DNA from: Blepharisma stoltei ATCC 30299 | Lineage: Eukaryota > Protista > Ciliophora | NCBI GenBank assembly: GCA_965603825.1 | Contig: CBFDEM010000021.1 | Coordinates: forward strand, 372,001 to 436,000 | Direction of reading: 5' to 3' | DNA length: 64,000 bases | Shown: piece after piece, positions 26,501 to 41,500 of the stretch | Layout of the letters: the number at the start of each line of letters is the position of its first letter | Numbering within the stretch: position 1 is the stretch's first letter | Made by a program: the position numbers and the translations under genes | Notes under the pieces: generated by a model | Told to the model about the DNA's origin: nothing | The model's input: the letters and a program-made list of their open reading frames with translations, nothing else | The model's database searches: none

Positions 26501-29500
26501 AATATCTGGAACTGTAAACTTGCAGATAGCAGCTTGAAGAGTAGATCCCTCAAATTCGCCACAATTAAGGGTGACTGATTTGCCAGTTAGTGCCCCAATG
26601 CCGAGATCTGGATCAAAAAGCTTGTCAAGTCCATTGAACGTAGGGAGAGAAAGACGGATAACATCAGTTGCGCTAATACTACTTGCTAGAGTCATCACTA
26701 TATCAAGAAAAGTTGAATAGCCTTTATTTGTGTGGCCAAGCTTTATTGACAAAGATGATATCTTCGCCCCATACAAAAGCTGAGTGAACTTGAACATTTG
26801 CACACTTAAAGGAGAGGCCACGTTAGCATTCAGGTACCAAGAAGTTCCATAGGCTTCAGTAATTGAGCTTGGCAATAATATTCCATTGTTGCTATCAGAG
26901 TCAGCAAATCTATATAAAATTTGAATCTGTCTAGAGCTTGCAGCGGGGATTGTCATTTGTTCAGGAATTTCTATTTGGATATAGTTTGGAGTCGTATGTG
27001 AAGTGCATTTCTCTGCTCGGACATAGTTGATTCCATCAGTTACAATGCACTGAAGTTGAAGATACTGATTGGAAGACGTAGTACTTAAAAAGGAAGCAGA
27101 AGAATCTAAATAAAAGTCAATTGTGTCATGAAAGCTGTATCCATTTGTTCTAGGCGTTATGTCAAAGATAATTCCTGAATACTCTCCAGGTCTTGAAGGG
27201 TATTGGGGTTTGTATTGCTGGCCGAAGGTTGACGAGGCTAATGCCTGAGGTGCACTTAAAATAGATGATGCTGAGAGACTTGCTGTGTTAGACTCAATGA
27301 GAGTATTTGTGTCACCATTAATTCCATAGATCTGAACTTCAAAAGAAGTAATCGCAGTTGTGGTAGATGTTGTAGCTGAAGTTAAAGTTCCAGAAATAAA
27401 TATAGGGTTGGTGGAATCGGTGTATGCTGAGAATCCAGTTATTTTTCATTTTTGAGGATTTGAAGACGCTTGACAATTCCAGTTTCCTGTTAAGCCATTT
27501 TGAACCCAGCAATTAGTACTGAGAGCTGTGAACTCGCTTGGGATCAAAATTAAAATGCTACCTCCTTTAGGGATTGGTTTGATTGGATTTATCTTTATAG
27601 TATACGTATCTGTTCTTCCTGAATAAGGCCCATATGTTCCTTCTTCAAGAAGCGTTGGGATCAAGCCAGTTGTGGTTTCTCTATCCAAATTAAAAGTGGA
27701 GTAAGTCAGTGAGTCTGTGTAAGCTCCGTTATACCATATCCATCCAATCCATGAAACTTGAGCTCCATAGGCTGGAGTGGCAAAAGCGAGATAGTCTTTG
27801 GTTGGAGATGAAGCCAAACTTCAAGCTGTTGACGGAAATGTTGCAATATAAGAATGGATTGGGAAAATATAAGTCTCTGTAGGGCCTGTAACCCCAGATA
27901 GACTAAAGTAATTATTGTTCATTTTTAAAACGCAAGCACCAATTTTTCCATTCGAAGGATCATATTGTATATCTTGAGAGCCTTTAATAGTAAAAGTTGC
28001 AGTGTTCGTAGTGCTTGAAATAGCTTTCGAATCATATGAAACTGATAAGGATGTTTGAGAATTTGGAGGGCTTTGAGCTGTTTCAGTCATATAAATATAG
28101 TTGAATTCCCGATAAAAAAGATACTGAAAATCATATGTTGTGCTTGAGGTTCACTGTCTTGCATACATTTTGATATTAATTATCTTTTCAGCATCATTTG
28201 GATTCGTAACTGGTAAAATGACAATTTTTGAAGTTCCAGAAGATATAGCGTCATATTTTCTTATCCATATTTCTGCATTCGTATTAGAATGGCCTCTTCT
28301 TAAGTAGCAGGTTGACGAAAACCCTGCACAATCAGTAATTGCCCAATCATCTGTATAATCCGTAGCACTCACAGAAGTTCCTAGGTTTGGGGTTCATACT
28401 GAACTATCAAATTCCAATATAATTTCTGACTTTCCATCAGAGGAACCGGAAGTATAACCAATTCCCTGAGCCAGTGACTGCTGGAATGATATGTAAAACC
28501 CATTCATGGTATTTTTTGCTTTAACAAAGTGCTCAATAGTACAAGAAGCAAACTGAGGGGGAGCGATGAAAAGTTCAGTCTTGAAATAGTAGTAAAAGTC
28601 ATCATTCCGCACCATTACCTTATAACGATAGTTTGAGCTCGGATTTTGGAACTTGAAGCCTTGATTTTCGGGATTTATAGATGTAACGACAACATTTCAG
28701 ACTTGAGATGCTGATATATCAGTTGTTTCTGGAGCATACACTTTGATTTGGTTATATGCCGGACTCGAGGAAGTAATCTGGCTATAAATGCAGTCATAGG
28801 ACATATATGTTGTTGAACTGCTTATTCACAGAGCTCGGCAGGTATATGGTTCTGATGATGATGTCACAAACACTTCGACAGCTGTGGTGATTGTGATGTA
28901 TCCAGTCTTTTTAGTGATTGGCTTAGAGTCAGTTTTAATTGAAAATTGAAGATCCCCATACTCACCTTGCCTTATTGGTACTTTTGAATCTCGCAGTCCA
29001 GGAGAAACTACTGAAGATTTCTTTAAAGCAATCTTAGGTGAAATTGTAATATCTTTGGTAATTGAATTCATGACTGAGTGGCTACAAGTTTCTTCTTGGC
29101 AAAATTTCAAAGTGATTGGTTTACCCCCAGAAGAATTTGGATTTGTTACAGGGAGTATAATTGTTATTGTTTCTTGGCTATATGTAAATCCTGATACTAA
29201 GAAAAAGTTATGTGTGTTATCTTTTTTGCATGAGCCGAACCCATTCTGATTGTTTAACTTAGTGCTATCTGAGAATATAAAATCACATCTAAATCCAAGA
29301 ACAAACTCATCTGGAAAAATGATTTGGAAATAAGAACTTTTAGGGTAATTTTGGCCAACTTTTATTGTAAGACTATATTTCATTGTAAGTCCTTGAGAAA
29401 GATCAACTGAATCATATGCTGAAATGCTAGTTGTACTATCAAAAGTATCAGGATCATACTCCTTATCATTATTACTAAATGTTACTTCGGATTTTACATC

Positions 29501-32500
29501 CTGATCCTTTATAAAGGTGGCAACAACAATATTGGTTAATGGATTGTAGTTCAGATTGGTCCATGATGTAAAATGTCAGGTAGTTTCTGAAGATGTAATT
29601 GCTGATTTCGGCTGACAAATAATGGTGTATAAAGGCTCCAAAATCAAGCTTAATTGACACTCAGAAATTATTACACTTGTTCCAATTGCGTATGGGAACT
29701 TAAAAATTATTAATTCAGATCCAGCAACAATATTAGAGCTGCTAACTGTAAGTGAAATTGTTTGAGACGAAGCCCAAGTGTTTTTGGGGTTTAAGTTTGA
29801 AGTATATGAATTTTCGGTTGGAGTAGTTGGATTTGCTGATGAGAAGGTTGTCAGAGCATATCAGATGACCCCCTCTGATACATATGTGTCTCATTTATCA
29901 GAATCCAACTTTATTAGCCTTACTCTGACATAAGATGTTAATCCAGAGCTAGAGTAAAGGGTAATTTGAGGAATGAAAAGATCTATTTGATCAGAACTTG
30001 TGAATGTTACTGGAATAATAACAATGGCTGGCCTATAATTGATGTCAGTATCTGATGAGCCTTTATTCTGGCCAAATCTGATATAGCAGCTAACCTGGTG
30101 AGTAACTTTGCTAGAGTCGCTGTAAGCACATCCGAGAGTAGTTTGCGATGCCATGCCAAGTGATTGATCATAATAATCTATGCCATTGAAATGAGTGGGA
30201 AATTCAGCAATTAAATAACTTGGATCAGGGATTGTAGTTTTAAGGGAAATTTTAAAAATTGATTTAGAATTTTCCTTAGCAATCAGTGGAATGACTTTTA
30301 GGGTGCTGAAGGCTGTTTGACCTAAAATATCTACAAATTCGGAAACCGCCCATTTTGCAGCTGTGCCAGCTGAATCATAAAGAGATACAATTATATATGG
30401 CTTTCCTGATGAAGGGAAAGCTATACCATTTTTTACCTCTCCAGTAGTGAAAATGCGTAATATTCACTTAAGATTATTTTCTATTGTCTTTAGTGATGGC
30501 ATAGCTATAGTCCACTTCTTGGAAGTTGAGTCGAAAGAGCATTTCTGAGAGCTATACTCGATACCATTAGAATCAATGAACTTGCAGACTGCTCTGCCTG
30601 TTGATGGGGTATAAGAAAAAGGATAAGAACTGCCAGTAGAAGGAACAGTTATCGATATATTGTCTGTAGATAATGGAGATGCAGCTAATTTAAAAATTAG
30701 CGTTAATTGTCCCTCAGAACCTCGTATAGGAGTCAAAGATGATTTCATAACATAATAGTTGCTAAATAAATCATCTGCAGATAATATATTATACTGGGAG
30801 TTCTGCGATTGGGGACCACCTGAACATTGATCTATAGTCTGTGAGCCTGCAGAATCTTTATGCGTGCTTATTATATATTGGCCTGATATTAAAGATGAAA
30901 TAGTTACCATTCCTTTAACAGTTAGTGTACTATCTGCATTACAACCTCCAAATCCACTTATAAGCCACCTCTGATTCGAGTCTGTTGGTTCACATTTTAG
31001 AAGATTTCCATTAAATGAAGTTCCGCAGCCAGTAGCTGTCATTCTGCAAGCTATTGAAGATGGATTAGTAGTCGTTGAAGTAATCCCTGTGGGAAATAAA
31101 ATACTTGTACTTCCTTGGCTTGGGATAGCATTTGGAATTGTATAACTGAAAGTTATTTCCCAGAATGAGTATGGATCAGTACTTGAATTATCATCGATAC
31201 CACCAGAACTGATTTGAATAGTGTCAGAATTAAATGTGTATTGTTCAAGGAGCATCCCGTTTGAAATTGCATAGCCTTCTATATATTTTGTCGTAGTGTA
31301 GCTATAAAAAACATTTTTAAATTCAAAAGTAGTTTCAGGTGTAGACGACCCAATTATCTGCTGCTGAGGGATATAAAGCATTCACCCACTGCTTGGAATC
31401 ATTTTGCATATTCCTGTATCTGCTGGAGATGCAGAATTGCTTACAGATGCTTTGCTTGACGAAGATAATGAGAAATCTGTAGGACTAAAAATGAATATAA
31501 AAGCGTCAGTCTTTGATTCAATATTTTGAGAAGGACTAAAAATCAAATTAAATTCAGTAAACACTTTTTGAGTGCTAGGGTTGCTTTTTTGATAAGTTAA
31601 TAGAGTGTTTGAGTTGGATTTTATTGTGAAAAAATTTTTGAGAGCTAAGCCATATTTTTTATTTGCTCCCAAAGCATAAACAAAAATATCTGTAGAGTAT
31701 GTATCCGAAGGATTTACAATATTTGAAATTCATAAAGTTGCTAGACTGCCTGCATCAATTTTATTATTAACAAATACTTTCAAATATAAGATTTTCGGCA
31801 GGGTATAATCTTGCTCATTATGGTTCAAGAAAGTGCAAATTTGTTCACTTTTTAGACTTCCCTCAGATGTGTAAGCCAGATAACAGTTTCCGTTTGCGTT
31901 ACTTGAGGTTGTTGAACTGAATAGAGAGTTTGAGGCGGCATCAAAAAGGGGAAATCCAACTAGAATTTCACTAGGCTTAGTTATGTCAGCATCTACCTGA
32001 AAGTTAATTTCAATGAATGTAGATTTAGTTTTGTCCGAAACATATGAATTCCCGTATAGCTTGGTAAATGGAGAGTAAATTTGTAAAGGAACTAATTTTG
32101 CCGTATAGTCACTTGATGATGTAGTTGAACCAGACTTGAAGATATCTAAGCTCGCTTTGATAGTATCAGAATCAATTTTAAACCCAATATTTGTGCCATA
32201 AGTTCCAAATGAAACTTTATATTTTTTTGACGCATCTAATTTCAGGCTGAGAGGAGCATATATATCTATTGTTATAGGGCTAGTTGTAGAAACTAAGACC
32301 CTTGCGGCAGAATATATATCAACTGCTGATACATCTTGAAAGGTGGCCCAATATGTTGATGAATCACTGGTGATAATGTTTGGATCAAAAGCAAGGCGAA
32401 TTATGCCATTTCCCGCATCTATATCTTCTAACGGTCTTATCTGAAAAGTAATGGGAGAAACTTCGTTAATAACAGCAATTTTGGCTGGAGCTTCGAAAGA

Positions 32501-35500
32501 AGCTGGAAAGCGCAAATCTTTAGATGAAATATATTTAATGTTGCTATTTTCTATATTCATTGAAATTTGTTCATCACTATACATATTTGTATCTGAAAAT
32601 GAAGTAGGTACTGAATAAAATGCACTAACATGAACTGAGTTATCACTATTTGATAGCATTGTGACGTATAAATATAGAGCAAAAGGGCTAGAAGATTTTT
32701 TTATATCAAAATTTGTAAAGTTCAAGTATACTTTTCCTGATGCCTCTGCTTGATTCATTATTATTCCATACTCTCTTTGGTCATTTATGAGAACATATGA
32801 TTTTGAATTGCTGATAGTTAAAGTGGCTGAATTAAATGAAACTATGAGAGCCCCCAGATTTGAGAGTTCCTGGTCAAAAGCCCCAGATATATAAAGCTGA
32901 GTATCTTCCTGAGTTCAGATGGCTGTATGGGGGTTTTTATTTGTTATTGAATAGTCTGGTTGATTAGCCGCAAAAGTAGAAGTGCCAGAGAATGGTTGAA
33001 AGCCATTTGAAGATGAATAGACATAGCCATAATATGTATAATCGCCACTAATTCAAGGATTGCTTATTTTCAGCTTTAAGGTTGATGATGATGAATTCAC
33101 AAGGAACTTACCATAAATGCAGGGACATGGCTTGCTAGAAAATGATATAATATTGTCAAGAGTTCCATCAGATGTTGTTGGTGCTGAAGAGCTATCTAAA
33201 CCTTCGAACCTCATCAAAACATAGTCACCATTAATAAATGAGAGTCCGTTCAATGTAAATGTTCATATAGGTATGGCACCTGCATTAGAGAATTCAGGTG
33301 AATAATTAACATTTACATTAGATGAGCTACTTGCGTCAATAGTGCTAATTTTGTTAGAATAGAACTTGTAGTATAATTTATTGATTCCATAAAGTATGAA
33401 ATTAACTTTTATTTCAGAGTCTCCACTAGCAGGAAATTTTACCATTGGAAAATATGCATGCATATTCTCTGAGCCATTAGGAGTCTCCATGAATAAGCAC
33501 GAAATGGTTCCTTGAAGAGAAGAAGAGCTTCCTTTTCGAAGTGAGCAGTTTCAATCTGAGTTTGGATAATTAGTAGAAGAAGAAGAGCTCTGAAAATTGA
33601 AAGGCAGTGAATCTCCGGTATTCAAATTAAGACCTAATGCAGAATCCGTGCTATCGAAAGATACTTCTATAGCAAGACCCAAAGTGTTACCAGCGCCAGC
33701 TAGAGTTGAGTAATCAGGATTTCCTACTCCGAACTCCCCTGTATTAAAGCTCACGTCCAGGACATTAGGCTTTCCTGCATATAAATAATTATTATTTATT
33801 GAGCATGAACCTATGCTACTAGGAAAACTAACTGGCCATGAATAGCCTTCCTTAATATCGCCGTCATTATAAGTTAAAATACTGATATAGCCATATCCTT
33901 TATAACTGATCGCTGCAGAGCAAGGCAGATAGACATTTACTGTTAGTTGTTGGGAAGTGCTAGCTCAAATAGAGTATGAAAAGGCAAGGTCAATTTTGGC
34001 AGGAGATCCATCTCAATCAGGTGAATTATTATATAAATTCTGTCCTCCTTGCTGAACTGTTGATGATGTGCAGGTAGATTTATACCCTGATGAAGGGATT
34101 GCAAAAATATCTGTTCAAACTGTGATTTTATTCATTGAGTAAGAAGGGGTAAAAACGATATTCAAATATGTTGAACTGGAACTGGTAGTTCCTGCAGATC
34201 CATTATTTAATTTCGGTTGTGGTGGTGAAGATAGAGTATGATAAGTGCTTCCACATCTTGCATCTAAAGGATCTTCCCATGCCTTCTTTGTGAACAAATT
34301 CTTGCATTCAGTATCTTGATATACCTCTATCATCACGTCAGCATTTGATACTGGGTTTGTAATAAGCAATTTAATAGAGAAAGGGTAGATTAAGGTCACT
34401 CCAAAAATATATGCAATTCCTTGATCAATTCTCCAAACTACATTTTTTTCAACAGAATTAGTCCCGAATACAAGAAATGACCCATCAAGCCCACTATATT
34501 TTCCATTATTGCCATCTGCAACATAAAATTTGATAGTTGCGCTTCCAAGGGCATTTCATGCACTATCTGTTCCTGATCCGAATGAAAAAGATCAACTCCT
34601 ATAGCTTTGAATGCCAGAGCAATATATTGGATCGAAACTGCTTAAAGTTTCAGGTGTATAACTTAAAGCACCAGTGTTAATTTCATCATCGCTAATAATT
34701 TTAGCCGATAATTCATACTTATTTGTGCATATCCTATTCTTTGCCAAAATCATTAAAAAGCTATTTGACCCACCAATTTTGGAATGGATTGGACCTGGAG
34801 CTTTAAAAGGTGAGTTGCCTCCTGATGATGATAGAGTGATGAATATTCAAGGGCCTTTAGTAAATTTTATTAATGTATTAGGAGCATTGGCAATAATATT
34901 TGAGTAATCGAAACCATCTAACCCAAATTTTATTAGCATAAAATCTGTGTTTGTGGGGATACCTGAAAAAGTGAAAAGATTTTGTGCACCGTAGGAGAAA
35001 GAAAATGATATACCTGATGAAGTTAATGAGGTTGAATCTGGAGCCTTTCCTGATGCAGCGAATACATTTTTGGCAGTCCTTTCTCCTAGGATTTTAAAGT
35101 TTTGTGACATCCTCACAACTCTTATATCAACAATTCCTTTATCATAATCACCAGAGGAATCGGTAAGAGCTGGATTGACAATCCCTGGTATTATTAAAGT
35201 ATAAATTATCTCGGTGCTTTGATCCGTAGAAACAAGGTTTACAATATGGATTTCTGCAGGATGATTTAGATCTTTATCTCCATAATGCAGATAGCATTTC
35301 GTGTCCGTCGACCCACCAGCACAGCCAATCTCATCGCCATTACTGATTCCTGTACCTAAGTCATTCGCAAAGAGTTCGATTGAACTGTCTCGATTAATTG
35401 TTGGAAATTGAATAATAAAAACATCAGTTTTAGTCGGTTGTGATTTTACCTCAATTGTAAAAACATTCGCGACTCCCGTTGTAATATGCATCACACTCAC

Positions 35501-38500
35501 ACTTAAGTATGAAAAAAGTGCTTCTGGCAAAGAATAAAAGTGAATTCCTTCCATATCATTTCCACCGCTGTTTTTGACAGAAACTTTGATATAATTTTCG
35601 CTTGTTGTTGAGTCTTCCAATTTAAGGCCGTCATTTCTATAATCAGCTCCGTGTGTTTTTACAATAAACCTATACTTCGTATTTGCTGTTAGTCCTATAC
35701 TTGGTATCATTTTAATATTTTTTTGGGTATCTTCAAAGGTACAGCTTGCAGAAAATTGGGTTTGAGCGCTTAGAATACTGCAATCCAACGATGCATCTGA
35801 ATCGATTGATGAAAATTTTGAGCTTGATGTTAGCAAAATATAAAATCCAGAAGCGATATCATTACTAGGTGAGAAGAAAAATTCTATTTGAAACTTATCG
35901 CCTGCCTTTACTGTTGTTGAAGGTAGCTCTTGAGTCTCGAAGTTAAAATAATTAGGAGCTGGAAGCAACACTGCTGGAGTGACTGCAATAGTGCTCGTTG
36001 AGTAGAAAAAGAAATTGTCGCTGCAGCTCTTATCAAGATATAAGGATGCTATGATATCTCCACTTCAGTTTTCATCTGGCTTGTAGGTAGATTTGACAAC
36101 AATTATGCTTTGAGTAGTAGCAGTAGTAGGAGTTGAAAATCCCGTAATCTCCAAAGTTTTAGAACTTGCTGAGCAACTCCAAGATCCTCCATTATCAGCA
36201 ACTATGTCTGAAGATAATGAGCTGATATTTTCACAGTAATCAATAATTGCGGCTTCAGGGGTTGTTATCTTCAGGCAATTCGTGTTTGTTAACTTGATAT
36301 AAGGAATTTTTACTGTAAATGTTAAATCGACGATCTGGCCTTTGCTATAATCTGCCAGACTAGGGCTTACAGTTAATAAAGAGCCTGAAGTTAATGCTGA
36401 AGGCAAGGCTGAAGGAACTTCATACTCATACGTTATCTTTGAATCCAAAGAATTGAAGTCCGAATTGGTAGGACTAGAGAGCAAGTAAGCATATATATTA
36501 GTTTCTGCGCTATTGAAATAGGATTTCCCCGCCTTCAAAGACAATTCCAAATTTGAGATAGACTTAATTATCAGGACTTTCGACGATCCATGTATCTGGT
36601 CTTTCGTCGCACCTATTGCAACGTCAGCCTCAGATATGTCAAATGTCGATGGAAAGCATAGATATAAGGTTCACACATTTGAAGATGGCAAGTTTAGCTT
36701 AAAGCTTATAATTGATTGGTCAGTATCTGTGAATGTAGGAAAATATTTTAAGCTAGTTGGCGTAACACCAGAAGTGACTGTGAACACATCATAGTAGGTT
36801 TGAGAATATATCACAGCATCGTTCTTATATCCCGTAACAGTGATATGAATATGAGTACTATCATCTGACGTCCATGCAGGATTCACAATGTTATCGAGAT
36901 AGAAAGCTATATATGATGAACCGGCCGATATACTTCCATCAAATGTAGGAGTTATCTCAATATAAGCAGGGCTCATCTGATTAGTATACCCATGATTAAT
37001 GGTGCAACTTGCAGAGGAAAGTATAGAAGAAGAGTCTATATCGCATGGATAATTGTACCCACTTGCAAGTCCAGTCCCTAAATCAACTGAAAATAAGCTT
37101 GTCCCATGACTGTCTTTAGTTGGAAAATACACTCTAATTTTGTCAATACTAGATGCCAAAGATACACAATCACTGCATGAGATCTTAATTGCGAAAAAGT
37201 TTGCCATTGATGCCGATGTATGCGCTGGAGTCACTTCTAAATTGTCCCATTTATCAGTAGGAGCTATGTTAATATTTAATTTCCCAATCTCATTGGTGCC
37301 TTCCCCAGAGTAAGAAACAGAAATTTGAATTGTTACGCTACCTGGGGTTGAAGGAAGAAGAAGTCCTTCTTTCTCAAAAGTTTCCGAATTTGTCGTCGTG
37401 AAGCTTAAATCTATTTTCGATGAGGCTGGATAATTATCAGGTGCATAAGTAGTTATTGTTAAAGTAGTTGTTGTTGTTGTTGTTGCTGTTGCTGAATAAG
37501 AAGCTTGGCACTTTGTGTCTACTTTTGAGTTCCACAAGCAAATAAGAGTAGATTCTGACAGAATATTTGGAAAGTTCGGAAGAGTTACTACTATGTTCCC
37601 AGCTGAGGTTTGTATTTCCCCTTTAGGAGTGTAAGAGAATACTATAGGGGCACAAGTTCCTATAGGAGCTTCAATAGGAAACTCATACTGTCTTGGAATT
37701 TCAAAATAAGTAGGAGCTTCAACGGTGCTTTCAACTGAATGAATTGTTATACTACTTTTCTCGCTTTGGGTTGTGCTTTGTTTTTCTTTATCCCAAACAG
37801 TATAGACACTGATTGTGTTTGATGTAGATAAGGTTGATGCTGAAGGCATCTTTACAGCTACGATAATCTTATAATTTTTACCATTCAGCAATCCAGATAC
37901 AGGAACATATGTCAATACATTGCTTAAAGTTGTGCAAGAATAGGATTCAAGACTGTTATAGTATGCATAACAATATGCTTCAGTGAGGATGTTGTTTGAA
38001 TTGAAATCAACAACTATAGCTCCACCTGCAGGTATATCAAATTTCGGCGTCACAGTTATCAGCATATCATATGTATCTTGTCCATAATATTCTGGGATAA
38101 AAGAAGGTGTCTCGTAATATCTCACTATTGTTGGCAAAGTTGAAAAGTCAATAGGCGTCAAATTATTGAAAAATGAATTAATCTTGAGGGTTTGAGTCAA
38201 AGTTCTGTCTTGCATGTAATATATGATGATCTTAGGATTAATTGCATCATCATCATCATAATCATGGCTTGGATTAACGGCGTTGCTAATAGTGATTGTT
38301 AAAGGATCCGTTGGTAATGCGCTACCAATTTGGATAATAAGTATCTTTGCAGATTTATCAAGAATGCACATACTGCTAGTGGCAGTGTCCTCACATTTTG
38401 AGTTTGTAGAAAACGAGGTGTCGGCAGGCAAATCCACTAATACATAGTCAGATACACTTCATCCAGCAACTGCAGGATTCGATCGAGGCTTTTGTATTGA

Positions 38501-41500
38501 TGGTGTAGGAATTGTAAGTGTATAAGTGGTTTTTTCGGCAACTAAATTACTACTTGCTGATATTGTTGGAGTCCCAGTAGTAGTACCTGGCGATAATGAA
38601 AATAAGTATCCCAGATTGTTTGCATAGCTATGGCATAATTTTGTGCCTGACAAATTGGATGTCATATCAGCTGCATATATTGAAAGAGAGAATATTTCAG
38701 AATCAAGAAGATCCGGATTCCCGCTTGGGTTCTTGAATTTACTGATGAAAAAATGAAAGCCAGTATCAGCGGTGATGTCTGAATTCGGACTAACATAGAT
38801 TCTTGCGGGCTCATTGTCATCATTTGAGCCTATCTGAAATGTGCATTTTATACTAATAGTGGTATCGCTTCCAGCAATACATGGAACATCGCTATCATCA
38901 GCATATTCATATCCCAAATCATTATCAAAAAATGTTGTTGGGAATTCAATCACAATTCTCCCTCCACTACTTCCAGACGCAGCTGGTATTTTTTGATCGC
39001 ATTTTATTGAAATATCCAATAAGTTTATTGAGTTAGGAATAAAATTTCCCGGGATGACAGTAATACTTGAAAATTCCTCAGGCAATATCTCTACATAGAG
39101 TGTCGAAACGTAAACAATAGTCCCACTTCCATCACAATCAAGGATTAAATCCAATTTGACTTGGTCTTTAATGTTTCACTGCAAGTTTCACTCCAAGCCT
39201 TGATAATTGTCTCTGTTCATTGTTGTGATTGTTAGTCCTAAATCTGTATTTGCAGGAAGGCCTGAGTCTGCAGGGGCATATATCTTATAGATTAAGTTTG
39301 TGCTATCATATATACAATCTGAAGCAAGTCTTTCAACGCCACTACTCTTTCAAATACATCTCAAACCGTAAGGGTGAGTATATGTCATTGATCCAGCCAC
39401 TGTAAGAAATCCTACTCTTTGAATGATTGCATTAGCAGAAGATATTGTCAGCACTAAAGGCCCAATATTCTTTCCTTTCCTTATTGGCTCAGCTCTGTGA
39501 TACATTAATCCCTTGGTTCCAAACTCAGTTGGCAGAAGCTTCTCTGGATGTGAGTTCATAACAATAGGCATGACAACCTCTCCTTTCTCATCAATCAGCT
39601 TATCAGTGTTGGTGCTTTCCCAATATGTTTTAAAATATGCAGTATACGTTGCTGATGCGATTTGAACATTAACAAATAAGCTTATAATATCGGTTTTCTG
39701 GATGTCTGAAGAAAATCCATAGATTGAGATGATTGCATTGGTTGAGGCAGGACTACTCTGTGAATCTGTTAAGACAAACTTCAATCCTTCAGGGTTTATG
39801 GTGCTCTCTGGGGTTAACCGAATACTGTTTTTGTCAATTCCAGATGCTAATCCACCGAATTCTATTTTAATTTGACCAGTGTAGGGAATCGGATTGATCG
39901 GTTGGAGCGTTATTCTGTACAATTCTGGCTGATCTGGGTAAAAGTCATAGTAGCTTGATATTGATACTTGAGTTGGAGCATTATTTTTAAAGTCTCCAGC
40001 ATTTAAATAATGCGATTCGGTAAAGTTATAAGATATTATCTTTTCTAATTTCCTATCCCTGATTATCATTGAAGTGCCCTTAATTTGATATTGATACCCA
40101 GGTGCTGTTATCCCGCCTATCTTAATGTAAAATTGATTTGAGGCTGTAATAATAGAAGAAGTAAGCCGAACTAAAGCATAATTTGCAATAGCAAATTTGA
40201 AGCAATAGCTCTGAGAGTTGTCATTTATTGAACAAGTTATGCTTGACACAGTATAGTCAGCGGGAAGTTTTATCATTACATAGTCAGTTCCACCCAAATC
40301 TTGAGTGGAATGCACCAAGATTAATTTTAAAACCAATCCAGTTTCGTAAAGTTCAGGGCGTTTGCATCCACTCGTACCATAAAAACAATCATTACTGGGT
40401 TCAGGAGAAGTAATAGAGCTTATGCTAGAAGGGAATGATAAGGTTGTGTCTATATAGGAGACTAATTCTTCAGCTTTAGTTACAAAAGTTGGAGACGTTA
40501 GAGTTTGCTCTTCAGCCCTTACTCTTATTTGCATGTCATAATTTGGGTTGGAAGGGTTTTTTATTGGGCCAAGGTAAAAGTGGAAAATTGTTGTGGCTTG
40601 AGAAGAGCTCGTTGACAAGCCTGTAATTTTAATTCTAACATAATCAATATAGCCATGAATAAGTGTGCAAACTATTCCATTTTCAGTTGAATCTGCAAAA
40701 TAAGGACAATCAATTGGACTGTTATTTGCCAAACCTGTTCCCAGATCAAAATCCCATGAAGAGCAAGGAAATTCAAGCCAGACAACTTTTGTGCCAGACA
40801 AAGAAATCCCAATCATGAAATTAAATTCAAGGAAGTTTCATTGGCTCGCGTATTTTTGAAGAGAGTTGATATAGATATATTTAAACCCTTGGGCTTGAAC
40901 ATGCATCCAAGGATTCGCAAACCCGTCGCTATTTTCAAGGCTTAGAGTGGTTATCTTGAACTGATAGTCCCCTGCAGTTGAAGGATATTGAATTCCTACC
41001 TCATCTGCAGTGGCATCATTAAGAGTGCTAATAGAGAGTTCATGCAAGGTACTATCACTCAAATCAGTATCTCTGTTAGTATATACAGTTATATCATTTC
41101 CACTATTTTTGCACCAACTTGAAATCAAGCCATCAATATAGCAATCTAATATTGTTGATGAAGGGACTGAGAAGCCTGTCGGAAGAGTCACTAAAATCTT
41201 TGCATAATTGCTGGTATGATCAGATTTTGTCAAAGTGACGTCTGATGGCAATTGAAAATTGAAAACTATTGGGCCTTTGTCTCCTGCTCTGGCAATAATT
41301 TTTGGAGAAACAAAACTGTGCAAGCTTGCTGCGGATGGAGAATTGCGAGCTGATGAATAATCAAGTGTGACTGTTGTCTGCTCAATCAATTTATTAAGAG
41401 TGTCATCTTCGTCGTTTGACGATATTGTAATGCTAGTTGATGAAAGACTTGAGGGAGCGTTCACGAACCCTAAAAAATCAAAAGAAGTGCTAGATGGCAA

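Noticed and set aside
37466-37493. (GTT)n microsatellite, and (ATT)n near 7476-7497
   Set aside because: A simple poly-Thr coding tract and ordinary intergenic low complexity; neither is telomeric or CRISPR-like.
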